Below the pieces are notes generated by a model, which was not told where the DNA came from, made no database searches, and was given only the letters and a program-made list of their open reading frames with translations. 64,000 nucleotides of DNA, from the NCBI GenBank assembly GCA_951406725.2, contig OX597816.1, forward strand, positions 174,654,001 through 174,718,000, read 5' to 3'. Positions 52,043 through 64,000 of the stretch are shown here, one piece after another. Numbering within the stretch: position 1 is the first letter of the stretch; every line of letters begins with the position of its first letter. A program made the translations under genes and the position numbers. This stretch comes from Octopus vulgaris. Lineage: Eukaryota.

Positions 52043-52464
52043 ATTTTTGCATACTGATTTTTACTGTTTTATTTCTCCATTGCAATTTTCCTGCAAAAAA
52101 TCTGACGTGTTGTAATTTTCCTTTTTCTTAGGTTAAAAGGATATCTTTCAATTTTTTTTACTTGTTTGCGGCCATACTGGAGCATTGTTTTGAGGGGTTT
52201 ACTTGAATATATCAGCCCCAATACTTATTTTCTCAAGTCTGGTATTTATTCTGTTTCTGGAAGTTATGAGATGAGATTTGCATGCCAGACATAGTCAAAG
52301 GCTTTGCTGATGTCTAGGACAACAACACTGCTGTCACTGAACTTCTTGAAAGCAAGAGCCCATTGATAAGTGGATCTGGCTCTGCAGAAGCCATACTGGT
52401 GGTAGATGAGGAGAAAGAGATCCAACTTTTTGAAGAACATCATTGCTAATGACTGTGTCAGTTA

Positions 52465-53781
52465 TGAGGGACGTTCAATAAGTAATGCCCCCTGACCCAC
52501 TTGCAGTTGTTTGATCTAGCTGAAATTTTGCATGTGCAATTATTTATATCTCTATAGATTAAGTGGCAAATTACAGCTCTGAACTAATCGTGGTTTCTGA
52601 TTTACAGGTGTCTGAACTGAGTCAAGTGTGAAATAGAGCCTGTTGAGTGTTGAGCAGTGATCCGGTTTTTGTATTTGAAAGGATGCACACCACAGGAGAC
52701 TTTTGATGAAATGAAAGTAACTTATGGTGATGATGCCCCATCATATGACCTTGTAAAACGCTGGCATCGTGAATTCAAACATGGTCGGAACTCTGGAAAT
52801 AGCTCCCAGATCTGGTCCCCCCCCCTTCTGCCATTGATGAGGCATCTGTCCGTCAAGTTGAGGCTGCCATTTTGGAAGATCGATGCATAACTATTCGCCA
52901 AATAGCCCATGAGGTCAAGATTAGTACCAGGTCTGTGGAAACTATCATTCATGACCATTTGCATATGCAAAAGGTGTCTGCCAGATGGATTCCCAGGTTG
53001 CTCACACCTTTCCAGAAGCAAGAACGCGTCGAGTGCTCAAGGATGAATTTGGAGATGTGCCAAAATTTTTCAAAAGACTGATTACACAGGATGAAACCTG
53101 GGTCCATCACGATGATCCAGGATGAAACCTGGGTCCATCACGATGATCCAGGATGAAACCTGGGTCCATCCAAAGCCCAGTCAATGCAGTGGAAGCACCG
53201 TGACTCACCTCCTCCAAAGAAGGCAAGGGTGCAGCCCTCCACTGGCATGGTCATGCTCACAGTCTTCTGGGACCAGGACAGAGTAGTGATGACAGATTTC
53301 CTGGCAAAGGGTACCACAATTACAGGAGCCTATTATGCTTCACTTTTGAGGAAATTAAGAGAAGCTATCAAAATCAAGAGGCAGGGCAAGATCAGCAAAG
53401 GCATCCTCCTCCTGCAAGACAACGCTCCGGTCCACAACTCGCGTGTCGCCAGATCAGAAGCACAGGTGTGCAGCTATGAACTCCTCCCCCATACCCCCTA
53501 CTCTCCTGACCTTGCACCCTCTGATTTACACCTCTTCCCAGCCATGAAGTTGTTTTTGAAAGGAAAGCATTTCCCAGATGATGCAGCCTTGATTTCTGAA
53601 GTCACGTCGTGGTTGGAGGACCAAGCTGGGGTCTTCTACAAAAACGGTCTCCAGAGCTGCATCAAACGATGGGAGAAATGCGTAACTCTGGGTGATTCCT
53701 ATGTAGAAAAAGACTAATAACTTTTGTTGCTCTACTGCTATGGGAAGTGGGTCAGGGGCATTACTTATTGAATGCCCCTCG
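52465..53781 (+). mobile_element. Full-length mariner (DD34D, probably irritans-like), 1317 bp, frameshifted transposase
   Basis: ~38-bp TIRs (t/c)gaggg..ttcaataagtaatgcccc.tgacccactt with TA on both sides; WIPRLL, TQDETWVHH, LQDNAPVH, YSPDLAPSD with 34 residues between the second and third Asp. Confidence 0.96.
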
Positions 53782-55189
53782 TACCTTACAGCTGGATCAG
53801 AAGGGTTGCCTTTCTTTGGAATGGAATACAATTTCGATTTATAGCCTTTGGCTGTGAACATAAAACTTCTGATTCCAAGACAATGTTAAGATGGATTCAA
53901 GTCATCTAAAAATATTCACTTATAATTAAGAGAAACTTTAATAGTAGAATGTTATTATTAATTTTGTGAAATGTGTTTATGATTTGCCAGTTTGAAAAGC
54001 GATTTGATTTTTGTACAAATTATATTTATGGCTTTTTCCTTTTCTATGTCACTGTTTCTGTACACAATTTCATTAAATCTTATTTATTGAAGCCTTTTCA
54101 TTTGATCTTAGAATAAGCTTAAATTTTCATATGCTGTAATCTAACTTTCAATGAAGTCTAGAAGCAATGGAAAAGTATACTAAAATCAAAGCTTAATTAA
54201 AATTTTCTTTAAAAAAGGAGAATTGAATAAAATAATTCTAAATTATATATGCATACATATTAAAGAAGGCATGTATTTAAATAAATAATCAGATCAGTAC
54301 ACGGGCTCATTTCACAAAGCCTACTGATACCAATATGTAGAGTGCAGATACTAAACAAATGTTCTATGCTTAATTTGGGCATAGTGGAGAGCCCAGCTAC
54401 TGTGATTGTAATGAACCTTGAAAATTATACAAATATTATAGTTTATTAGTTTCTAAAAAAAGAATAGAAAGTGAAAATTAGAATATTCATAATGAAATTA
54501 TAACTGTGAGTATCGATAGTAGATAATTGTCATTTGAAAATGAACCTCAGTAGCATTTTTTATGCTCCAAGTTCAACTTCACCTTTCAACCTTTGGGGTC
54601 GATAAAATAAATACCAGTCAAACACTGGGGGCAATGTAATCTAGTTCCTTCCTTGCTAATTTTTAAGTCTTTTTATTTATAACTTTTTATTTTTATCTGA
54701 AGACTAATTTACATACAACTTATTCACTTCCGGTATTTATGTATCAACAAGAATTTCCGATGACACTGGTTAGGCAGGGATTCTTGTTAATTTTTTTGAA
54801 ATGATGCTAGATATCATTAAAATCGAAAATCAAAAAAAAATATACTTTATGTTTTTAATCACAGTCAACACTTTTTTTTAATGTTTGTACATTATTTTAA
54901 TATAAATGACGTTTTCATAATTTCTAATCCATTTCCACGTGCCTTTCAAAAAAAAAAATTAAAGGATTTTAGTCTGATTACACTTTTGCTTTACAAACAC
55001 AATTCCTTTTCAATTTTGGGCGGGTCACCTATTATTTTAATAGTAATCATACAATTTATCAAGCTATAAACATCTGCGTGACAGCGCTGGCTATGTTACG
55101 TTTATTTAATCCTTAAATATTAGGATATTCGGAACACTCCAGCATAATTTTAAGAGACTAATCAAGACGCTGAACAATGAAATCGCACA

Positions 55190-55392
55190 ACTAGCAAATG
55201 CGTAGCTGTATTTTCGTCTGTCGTTACGTTCCGAGTTCAAATTCCGCCGAGGTCGACTATGCTTTTCATCCTTTCGGGGTCGATAAATTAAGTACCAGTT
55301 ACGCACTGGAGTCGATGCAATCGACTTAATCCCTTTGTCTGTCCTTGTTTGTCCCCTCTGTGTTTAGCCCCTTGTGGGTAGTGAAGAAATAA
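55190..55392 (+). mobile_element. SINE family C (Meta-SINE-like), CpG-intact copy
   Basis: gagttcaaattccgccgaggtcgact..gcttttcatcctttcggggtcgataaattaagtaccag. Confidence 0.8.
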
Positions 55393-56100
55393 ATATTTAG
55401 AAGCGACACCGGATCTAAACACAGCAGGAACTCTTTTTCTGCATATGGCATGTTACAAGTTATCAGAAAAACATCGATGAATATATATTGTAAAGAAAAC
55501 TTATTCCTTATAAAAGTATGGAGCTTACGAAATACATGAGAAGTTATACAAAATTGCGACGTTCACTTTTTCGTTAAGATGCACATGCAATGAGAAAAAG
55601 ATCCGACGAAAAATCAAAATATTTGCTTCTTTTCAGAATTATATATATTTTAGTAGAGAAATACATATCAGTGCAAAATATGAAACAATATCTCTTATCC
55701 TCAATCTCTTATTTCCACGTTTCTAATGAGTAGGGGTGGACGCTAAATTCTATGACCAGCGCCTGCACTCAATCCTCTAAGAGAGGATTCACGTCACATT
55801 TCCTGCTTTCGTCCTCTTCATAATGTGTGCCTAAGATCTCTGGCTATCAATTTCACTTACAAGGCATTGCTAATATTTTTCTTGAATATTTTGAAATTAT
55901 ATATAATCCGGCTCCATAAATCTATGGTCCAACGTCTAAATTGTATTAAAATGTTTGGAGTATTTACGAGTTGTATATATATATGGGAGAAAGCGCTAAT
56001 GATCTGAATGATATGATATATATATATGTAAAAAATGTAATATATAAATAAATATCTGTAAATATGAACCATCCGATCTTCTGATTACCTCATTTCTTCT

Positions 56101-56134
56101 AATATATATATACAAGATAACCCCTATCTCAATT

Positions 56135-56170
<36 letters not shown>

Positions 56171-56190
56171 AGATAACCCCTATCTCAATT

Positions 56191-56220
<30 letters not shown>
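56101..56220. repeat. 58-bp tandem duplication with (TA)n
   Basis: tacaagataacccctatctcaatttgtg(ta)n occurs twice. Confidence 0.9.
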
Positions 56221-56221
<1 letters not shown>

Positions 56222-57782
56222 TATTATAAAAGGCATATATATATAATAGGAAAGACTTCCGCCCATCATTTTCTCCCAAATTTGTTTATTAAAAATTTTT
56301 TTTTGCCAAGGGTGGTTTTTGGGGTGGGATGGACGGACGTCTTGCCATATATACAAATGATGAACGAAGAAAAACTAGAAAACAAATACGAAAGGGATAA
56401 GTTTTCTCAAGTCTTAATAATGAGGTAAATTCTGAAAATTTACCAATAATTGTGTTTTTGTATGCGTATAAAGGTATTTAGTCGTATATAATGCGAGAAA
56501 TTAATCCTCGAGTGTAAACAATTATTTTTATTTAGTTGCAAAAAGCGAATTTCATTACATTCGAGATTGCATTGAACTCTAGTACATTCGGTGATTAAAA
56601 TCTTTTGCCTATATTTCATAAAATGACGATGAAAATAGTTTTTGAAAAAAACATGCTAAATGCGATAATTTCAATCTCATTCTAAAAAAATTTAAGCTGC
56701 GATATATTTAAAACGCACATTGTTGAGCCATCTTTTAAAAGAATATGAGAAAGTTTGAAAATGAATTGCGTAAAACTCGGAGAGTTTGATAGTGTCCAAA
56801 AATTACTATAGTAATTGTGTTATGACTAATATTCAGATAAGTCATCTCGCAAAAACACTCGATAAAAATCCGGAACAAATACAAAGGGACTTTTTTTTTA
56901 TGCAGGCGAATGATCGAACAATATACTTTTCGTATTCAGTAATCATTAAGGGCAATCTTTCGCTTAAAAAAAGTTTTTTACGGAAATCGACGGAAAGGAC
57001 TACTAGAAACGAAAGATTGCCATCATGAAGTTTATGCAAATAAATGGAAAATATCAAATTTACTTGAATTTATTTAATCTAAATTTCAACTAATTCGAAA
57101 CTTCAAGAATGTATCCACTACAAACTTTCGTTCTCTATGAGTAAAATTAAAAACTATGTTACGCAAAAATTTACTATTAAATAAAAGAAATGTAATTCAT
57201 GAGAAATGGGAGGTGATAAATTCATAGTGAGTATACGTGAGGATAATGCATGTTGATATGTATGTCAATTAACAAGTGCGCATCCGTGTGGATAATGCAT
57301 GTTGATATGTGTGTAAATGAAGTCGCATAAGAGATATTTAGCCCGAAGTCAGCTGATTAAGAAAACGTACGATCAAAGTAATTTCAGGTATAACCAACTC
57401 ATTTCCCCCCGCCCCTTAAATAGTGTATACAAGACAATATCGAACATGTTCTTTCTTAGGACAGTTGACCAAGATCTGGTTGCTAATTCTAGTAAATCAA
57501 GTACGTGATCGTATGAATTAATCCGTTCCAGTTAAATCCAGAGATTAGAAAACTGGACAACCACGGATTTTAAACGTTATTTTATTTTTCTTACAACAGC
57601 TTTTAAATACAATTAACACAAAACTTCCCAAAGAACTTCGGAAAGAAAATGCCACATGCACCCCCACGACATATGTGTGTGTGTATTTGCTGTTATTGGC
57701 TCGAAAATATTGATTATTGCCCTGATATATTTTCCTTTTTTTTTTTTTAGTTAAATCAGCAAAATACGGTTTGTTCTCTTAC

Positions 57783-58208
57783 CTCGTATGTAACAGGCGG
57801 AACATTCCGGATAATAATTTTCCTCTCCTTATTATATTCTCGTTTGGCACGTGCAATCAACTCTTCCGTAGTTAATTCGGGTTCGCCGGATGCCGAAGCA
57901 TCTCCTTGTGTCGATGGATCGGAGTTTTTGTTGTCTCCGCCGCCACTGCTATCACCACCACCACCATCTTCTGCTTCTGCTTCTTCTTCTTCTTCTTCTT
58001 CGTCATGTTGTTGAATGCTGTAACTGGTTTCGTCTTCGTCGGACTTACGTTGCTTTTTCAATCGGCTCTCTTGTTGCATCTTACCAGAACGAGTTCTTCG
58101 CTTTGTACCAGATTCGCTAAATTCATTATCCTCGAGAGATTTGCGACCTTGAAGTGGCTGAAGGCCACCACCGTCGTTGGATTCCGATTGACATTGTCTG
58201 TTCGCCAT
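57783..58208 (-). CDS. RAVER1: Raver-like (ribonucleoprotein PTB-binding) coding exon 1: acidic low-complexity N-terminus and start of RRM1
   Basis: ORF 58244-57756 ends in ...ERKIIIRNVPPVTYE, similar to vertebrate Raver RRKILIRGLPGDVTNQ (recalled). Donor GAG|GTAAGA at 57783/57782, phase 0. ATG 58208 has aatATGG context; an in-frame upstream ATG at 58244 is an alternative start. Symbol denotes the RAVER1/2 family; orthology not resolved. Confidence 0.88.
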
Positions 58209-58260
58209 ATTGCAATCTGGTTCATTACAGTATGAAGTGCGCATGCCCAGACGGAAGAAC
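58203..58260. promoter_or_regulatory. Putative housekeeping-type core promoter with YY1-, NRF1- and ETS-like motifs
   Basis: CGCCATATT (YY1-like, overlapping the ATG) 58203-58211, TGCGCATGCCCA (NRF1-like, one mismatch) 58238-58249, ACGGAAG (ETS-like) 58251-58257. Lies in a CpG-retaining zone. Confidence 0.55.
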
Positions 58261-58943
58261 TAGCGTCAGGGCTTCTGTCTTGTTTGCATGTCGGAAACCC
58301 AGAGTTTTATTCTAAATCATTTTTCGTACTTACAAAAATTCAAATATCTCTGATATTAGAATATTTGTCAAATTTTTAATAATTTTTTTTTAATTTTAAA
58401 TATTTTTATATGTGTTATTCTGTTTCAAATCGAATTAATCATAACTTACAAGCAACTAGTTTTCGTAAGTTTCCTAGTTTTAATGTATGTACAATAAAAC
58501 GTAATTACAGCATTTCCCAGAAATATTAAATATTTTCTATAGGTGTATAAAACATTAAATTTTATTCCATCTCTGTCATAACATGAATAATGAGCATTAT
58601 TTTTAAAGTAGAATATGTTATATGAATTGATTGTCAAGTGCAATTAACCTCACACTATAAATAGTTTGTAGTACAGTGAAAAGAATCTAGTTCAAATTTC
58701 TTAACATGTGGATGGAGAGGGTTTGATAAAGCTATTAAAAAAAAGCCCCAGCTAAATGCTAACTTATATAAAAGTACTTCAAGACAGAAATTATATTCGT
58801 TTGCGTACATGTCGTAATGTAATTTCTTGTTAAAACAACTCAGGAATTGATACAATCAAAATCTTCATTCAGTGGTGATGACAGGAAAATTTGCTTACTA
58901 TAAATTGTGGAATTGATGAGTCAAAAACATAATCTAATAATAC

Positions 58944-59002
58944 TAGATTTAGATACTTGACTGTGAGAATAATATTAGATTTAGATACTTGACTGTGAGA
59001 AT
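58944..59002. repeat. 33-bp-period tandem duplication
   Basis: tagatttagatacttgactgtgagaat occurs twice. Confidence 0.9.
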
Positions 59003-59446
59003 TTGAAAATTTCCTTGTAAAAATTGCGTTTCTTAGGCCTAAATATTAATTCATGGGAACGAAATAAATGATATATGCATTAAATAAATGTAAATAAATA
59101 TGCAACAAATTAGCTCATTCGTTTTATGGCCAAAACAATACTGCAATCTTTTTATATATTTGAGGAACCAGTACTTTTAACATTTCTAAGATTGGCAAAA
59201 GATTTTTCTCGCTAGAAGCAAGTAACAAAAGATGACAACAATAAATGGTTAAATTTTGTTTTCCTGTGCCAATTGTTGTAGTTGTAGGGCAACCTGATCG
59301 AGCATACCTACGACAGATAGGCTATAGGATATTAATTAGATGTACTCTATGGTTCCATAGCTCCATTTAAACCATATTTTCCTTTCGTTTAAAAAACCCA
59401 AAAAACTGCCATTTGTGACGTGTTTGATTGAATGTGGTACTTTGTA

Positions 59447-59625
59447 GCCGTATTTCGTCTGTCGTTACGCTGTGAGTTCAAATTCCGCCGAGGTCGACTT
59501 TGCCTTTCATCCTTTCGGGGTCGATAAATAAAGTACCAGTTACGCACTGGGGTCGATGGAATCGACTTAATACCTATGTTTGTCCCATCTATGTTTTAGC
59601 ACCTTGTGGGTAATAATGAAATAGG
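59447..59625 (+). mobile_element. SINE family C copy
   Basis: Near-identical to 55190-55392. Confidence 0.8.
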
Positions 59626-59967
59626 TACTTTGTCAGTCTGTTCCTGCATGTCTCGGATTCTGTGGTAGCTCAGAGATTATTATTTGTACTTTATAAAGTG
59701 TTAGCAGCAGTTGAGAGTTGAAATTTTCCAGGCAAAACCTACATTTTCTTAAGTAAATCTATTCCTCAGCAATATGTAAGGCAATTTCAAACTATTGTAA
59801 TATTTTTTTTCGGTCAAACTCATGATATCACTTCGTTTGAACAGTTTTATCAGCTTTGGAAATATATGCTTGTGTTTATCTACGAGTGTATTTTTTCATG
59901 TATGTTTACATTTTTTATGTATATTTATTCTTATATATGCGTCACCATATATATATATATATATATA

Positions 59968-60133
59968 TACTCTTTTGCTTGTTTCAGTCATTTGACTACG
60001 GCCATGCTGGACACACACATATATACGACAGGCTTCTTTCAGTTTCCGTCCACCAAATCCACTCACAAGGCATTGCCACGCAGTGGGACTGAACCCGGAA
60101 CCATGTGGTTGGTTAGCAAGCTACTTACCACAC

Positions 60134-60135
<2 letters not shown>
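59968..60135 (-). mobile_element. SINE family A, internally deleted, followed by (TA)n at 60137-60206
   Basis: Tail, middle and head pieces of family A joined by deletions. Confidence 0.75.
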
Positions 60136-60209
<74 letters not shown>

Positions 60210-61029
60210 ATACATACATACGTACGTACATGCAAAATATGGTGAAGAAAATAGCACTTGAATACCAAAAGTAGATCATCTTTTAGCGTCCATATTCCAT
60301 GTTGGGATGGGTTGGACGAAATCGACAGAGCAGAGAACTATGGGGAACTCTAAAGTCTGTTTTTACTATGGTTTCTACTGCAGGATGACCTTCCTAACAC
60401 CAGCTACTGCACAGTGTACTGGGTTCCCTTTTTTCATCTCACCAGAATTAGGTCACCATGACTAACGTGGATAGCACTGAGAGAAGTGGTTTATGTCACG
60501 AGTTAAGAGACAAGAGTGTAAAAACAAACATTTGATTTTCCGAGCTGAGATTCAAAACCGAATCTAAGGATTCTCGTTCGCCTGATCCACCGCTGGCCGA
60601 ACAGGCGCGAAAGAAATTTCTTTGTTCAGTCAAAAAGTGATGTATGAATTTCCATTCGGCCTCCGACCTGAGTTGGACGGCAGGTGACCTACATAGGTAG
60701 AAATTACTCCTATGGTATGTCTGTTCTTCTAGCTAGGATGACCATTATATATACAGTCAGACACACGACAGATAGGCAGACGGCTAGCAACAGGCAAGAA
60801 GTCAAGAGAGCTAGACGGCAGACTAACGACACAGCACAGTGGCAGAACACAAACAGACAGGGCAGAAAGACAACACAACCGGACCAAATGACCAACACAC
60901 ACACAGACACGAAACATGTCCTGTACTACCTCATTACATCAACACAAAATTTCTCCTGTTGTTTCTTTTTACTTCGCCATCTCAAGGCAGTTGGTAACTG
61001 CATGTAGCAGCTTTCATTGATATTGGGAC

Positions 61030-62455
61030 TCAAATCCATTTTCATTGAGGAACTGGCAGAGCTTGCAGACAAAATAGCCAAGAAACTACATAGATCAGTG
61101 CTTTTCAAACTTTTTGCTGGAGCGGAACCCCCAAGGAAACATTCCACTGGCTCGAGGAACCCCTGTGCAATAATTTAATTGTCTTATACACACATATCTG
61201 CACAGGAGACTTAAAAATTACTGCCGATTTTAGCAGTTTTGTAACTTCTTGCGGAACCCCTGCACTGTACTGGCGGAACCCTGGTTGAAAACCACTGACA
61301 TAGATATACACCATTATCGACTTTGACGCCAGCCATTCCTCTTACAAATTCTTTCCTTTCCTCAACCAGTGCTTCCGAAATTTCAGACTTGCTTTCATTG
61401 ATGACGCAACAGGCATCACAGATACAGGCCCTGACAACACAGATAAAAGCCCTATTGTTTGGTATCCCCCATCAAAGTAGCAGCCAAGGTAGGCAGTCAC
61501 AAACCTCGAATGCCTCCTGGAATTCACAGGAAACTTGTTGGTATCACCATAAATTTGGAACACGGGCACAGAAATGCACGACTTCATGCTCCTTCTCAGC
61601 ATCCCGTTCGGGAAACAACACACCCAGGAATTGAACATGATGGAAGATCCTGGCTCTCACCCACAAAGTCACCTGTTTTTCGTCTGTGATTGTGTTACAG
61701 ATGCGTTTCCTTGTTGATACCAGCATGAAAGTCAGCATAATCCCTGTTTCCTGCACTTCAGGCAACAGAAAAGAGACACCAGTCTGTCTTCAGGCAGTCA
61801 ACCACTTACTGATTCCAACCTATGGTGAACAGTCCCTAAAACTGAACTTAGGACGACGCCACACCTTCCAGTTATTCGTCATTGCCAAACTACCAACCCC
61901 TATTTTAGGAGCCAATTTTCATGATTTCGGTCTCCTTGTAGGTATCAAGCACAGAAGACTTGTTAACAGTACCACTCAGCTCACTGTGCATTGTATAATG
62001 CTCATATGGCCACAGTCAACCCAACCATTTTAGAAAATAAAGAAAATAACGACAACCCATCACAGTGCTATCATTAAAGAATACCTGGGCATCACTTGAC
62101 CAGTATTCCATAGCCAGCCTATTAAGCATGAAGTTACCCACCACATCAAGACCCATGGTCCACCTGTTGCTGCACGACTACTACCAGATTGTCTCAAGGT
62201 CACCAAATGAGAATTCCAGGTCATGCTCGACTTTGGAATCATCTGCCCATCCAACAGCAACTGGTCCTCACCAATACACTGTGTTCCCAAGAAGTCATCA
62301 ACTGATTGGTGAGTTTGCGGTGATTATCAATCACTAAATAAGTGCACCGTACCCAATTCCTATCCTTACCTCATCTACAGGACTTTTCTAGCTAATTGCA
62401 TGGAGCTCGTGTCTTTTCAAAGATCGACCTTGTGCAAACCTACAATCAAATCTCT
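61030..62455 (+). mobile_element. Decayed Gypsy LTR retrotransposon internal region (gag, protease, RT; CsRn1-like)
   Basis: ELAELADKI; CWYHHKFGTRAQKC knuckle; FLVDTS..VSIIP protease; PILGANF; SNWSSPIHCVPKK..W*VCGDYQSLN..T...VFSKIDLVQTYNQI. Confidence 0.9.
61096..61297. mobile_element. hAT MITE (202 bp) inserted in Gypsy gag
   Basis: TIRs cagtgcttttcaa / ttgaaaaccactg; perfect 8-bp TSD acatagat at 61088-61095 and 61298-61305. Confidence 0.92.
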
Positions 62456-63742
62456 ATCTCTACATATAGAGAGAGAGAAAGTAATAATGAGTGGATGAGA
62501 ACAACAGTGAAGGGGTAAAAAAGCGTAAAAATAATTGAAAATAAAACAAAATTGAAGGTAAAACACTAAAAATTACTGAAAGTGGGTAGAAATAAACACT
62601 ACATAGTGTAGTAGTAGTACACTAGGGCATCTGTAGAAAGTTGAATGTGATTTTGGAATATAACAAAGAAAAATTCGAATCTTGAGAATTTTAGGAAAGT
62701 CATCTCCCCACCTCAAGATTTTCCCCTCAAATTACTTTATAATCATAATGTATGCCGTTTCAAAGGTATTTCTATAAAATTTCATTGAAAAAAACCCATT
62801 TCCTAAAAGTTACAAGGGAAAAGCTCGGATCTTGTGAATTTTCCGAAGTCCCCACCCTCCTGTTGCTTTGTCCGCATTGTTTTTTCATATTCGTTTCCTA
62901 CACAATGTTTTACACCCATTCCATTTAGGTGGGGTGGGGGTTCATTTCCAGGTAAAGATGTAAATATTAACTGAAATTTCTTTGTCCTGTCAAAAAGTGA
63001 TGGATGGATTTCCATTCGATTCCGACCTGAGCTGTGTGACTGAGGGTTCGACTGGCCGGCAGGTGACCTACATAGGTAGAAATTACTCCTATGGTATGTC
63101 TGTTCTTCTAGCTAGGATGACCATTATATATACAGTCAGACACACGACAGATAGGCAGACGGCTAGCAACAGGCAAGAAGTCAAGAGAGCTAGACGGCAG
63201 ACTAACGACACAGCACAGTGGCAGAACACAAACAGACAGGGCAGAAAGACAACACAACCGGACCAAATGACCAACACACACACAGACACGAAACATGTCC
63301 TGTACTACCTCATTACATCAACACAAAATTTCTCCTGTTGTTTCTTTTTACTTCGCCATCTCAAGGCAGTTGGTAACTGCATGTAGCAGCTTTCATTGAT
63401 ATTGGGACTCAAATCCATTTTCATTGAGGAACTGGCAGAGCTTGCAGACAAAATAGCCAAGAAACTACATAGATCAGTGCTTTTCAAACTTTTTGCTGGA
63501 GCGGAACCCCCAGAAACATGTCCTGTACTACCTCATTACATCAACACAATATTTCTCCTGTTGTTTTTTTTTTTACTTTGCCAACTCAAGGCAGTTGGTA
63601 ACTGCATGTAGCAGCTTTCATTGATATTGGGACTCAAACTTTGTGCATCCAACACGTAAATGCAATAAATGTGGATCAAATAAATTACTTAAACTACATT
63701 CCAATGCTTTCCTCATTGTTTTACTTTGATGTTGTCAACATG

Positions 63743-64000
63743 CTCTTACTCTTTTACTTGTTTCAGTCATTTGACTGCGGCCATGCTGGAGCACCGCCTT
63801 TAGTCGAGCAAATCAACCCCAGAACTTATTCTTTGTAAGCCCAGTACTTATTCTATCGGTCTCTTTTGCCGAACCGCTAAGTGACGGGGACGTAAACACA
63901 CCAGCATCGGTTGTCAAGCAATGCTAGGGGGACAAACACAGACACACAAACATATACACACACACTTATATATATATATACATATATACGACAGACTTCT
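63743..64000 (-). mobile_element. SINE family A, cut by the window end
   Basis: Reverse complement of the family A tail and body. Confidence 0.88.

Larger units (their letters stand above)
50700..53870 (-). mobile_element. Old CR1/Jockey-group-like LINE RT relic hosting three nested insertions
   Basis: Minus-strand motifs IPKKGNPSDP (about 53790-53830), QYGFCRARST and VVLDISKAFDYVWH (about 52280-52400), plus decayed C-terminal motifs at about 51150-51650. Confidence 0.7.
60678..63638 (+). repeat. 456-bp apparently identical direct repeat (60678-61133 and 63057-63512) plus a diverged partial third copy (63513-63638)
   Basis: Identical ORF translations at offset 2379; no mismatch seen by eye. 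Confidence 0.93.

Noticed and set aside
52657-53717. SETMAR-like gene
   Set aside because: TIR-bounded, frameshifted mariner with no SET domain.

Overview
AT-rich animal genomic DNA, very likely Octopus or another coleoid cephalopod (inferred from the SINE/RTE repertoire and microsatellite load). The window holds the 5' part of one large minus-strand gene, a Raver (RAVER1/RAVER2-like, PTB co-repressor) homologue. Six coding exons with canonical GT-AG sites and matching phases can be assembled: 58208-57783, 36133-36067, 28616-28395, 27104-26851, 20772-20590 and 11516-11378. They give about 430 codons with an acidic N-terminal extension and three RRMs; the gene continues beyond exon 6, probably off the left edge. 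A CpG-retaining promoter with YY1/NRF1/ETS-like motifs lies at about 58.2 kb. The introns and upstream region are full of transposon relics: RTE LINEs, three tRNA-type SINE families, a full-length DD34D mariner, other Tc1/mariner relics, a Buster/Charlie hAT and hAT MITEs, a Helitron, a Gypsy fragment, and L1/Tx1 and CR1-like fragments. Most ORFs in the supplied track are artefacts of repeats. The best leads are all predictions: (i) a possible RNA-level regulatory layer in Raver introns 4-5, namely an AG|GTGAGT recursive-splice-like site, a pri-miRNA-like hairpin whose 23-nt arm is duplicated exactly, and a (UC)88 PTB-type tract before exon 5; (ii) a tandemly amplified hairpin plus H-type pseudoknot module in the RTE 3' UTR; (iii) a ~1 kb inverted RTE pair able to form dsRNA. 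No new system is proven from sequence alone.
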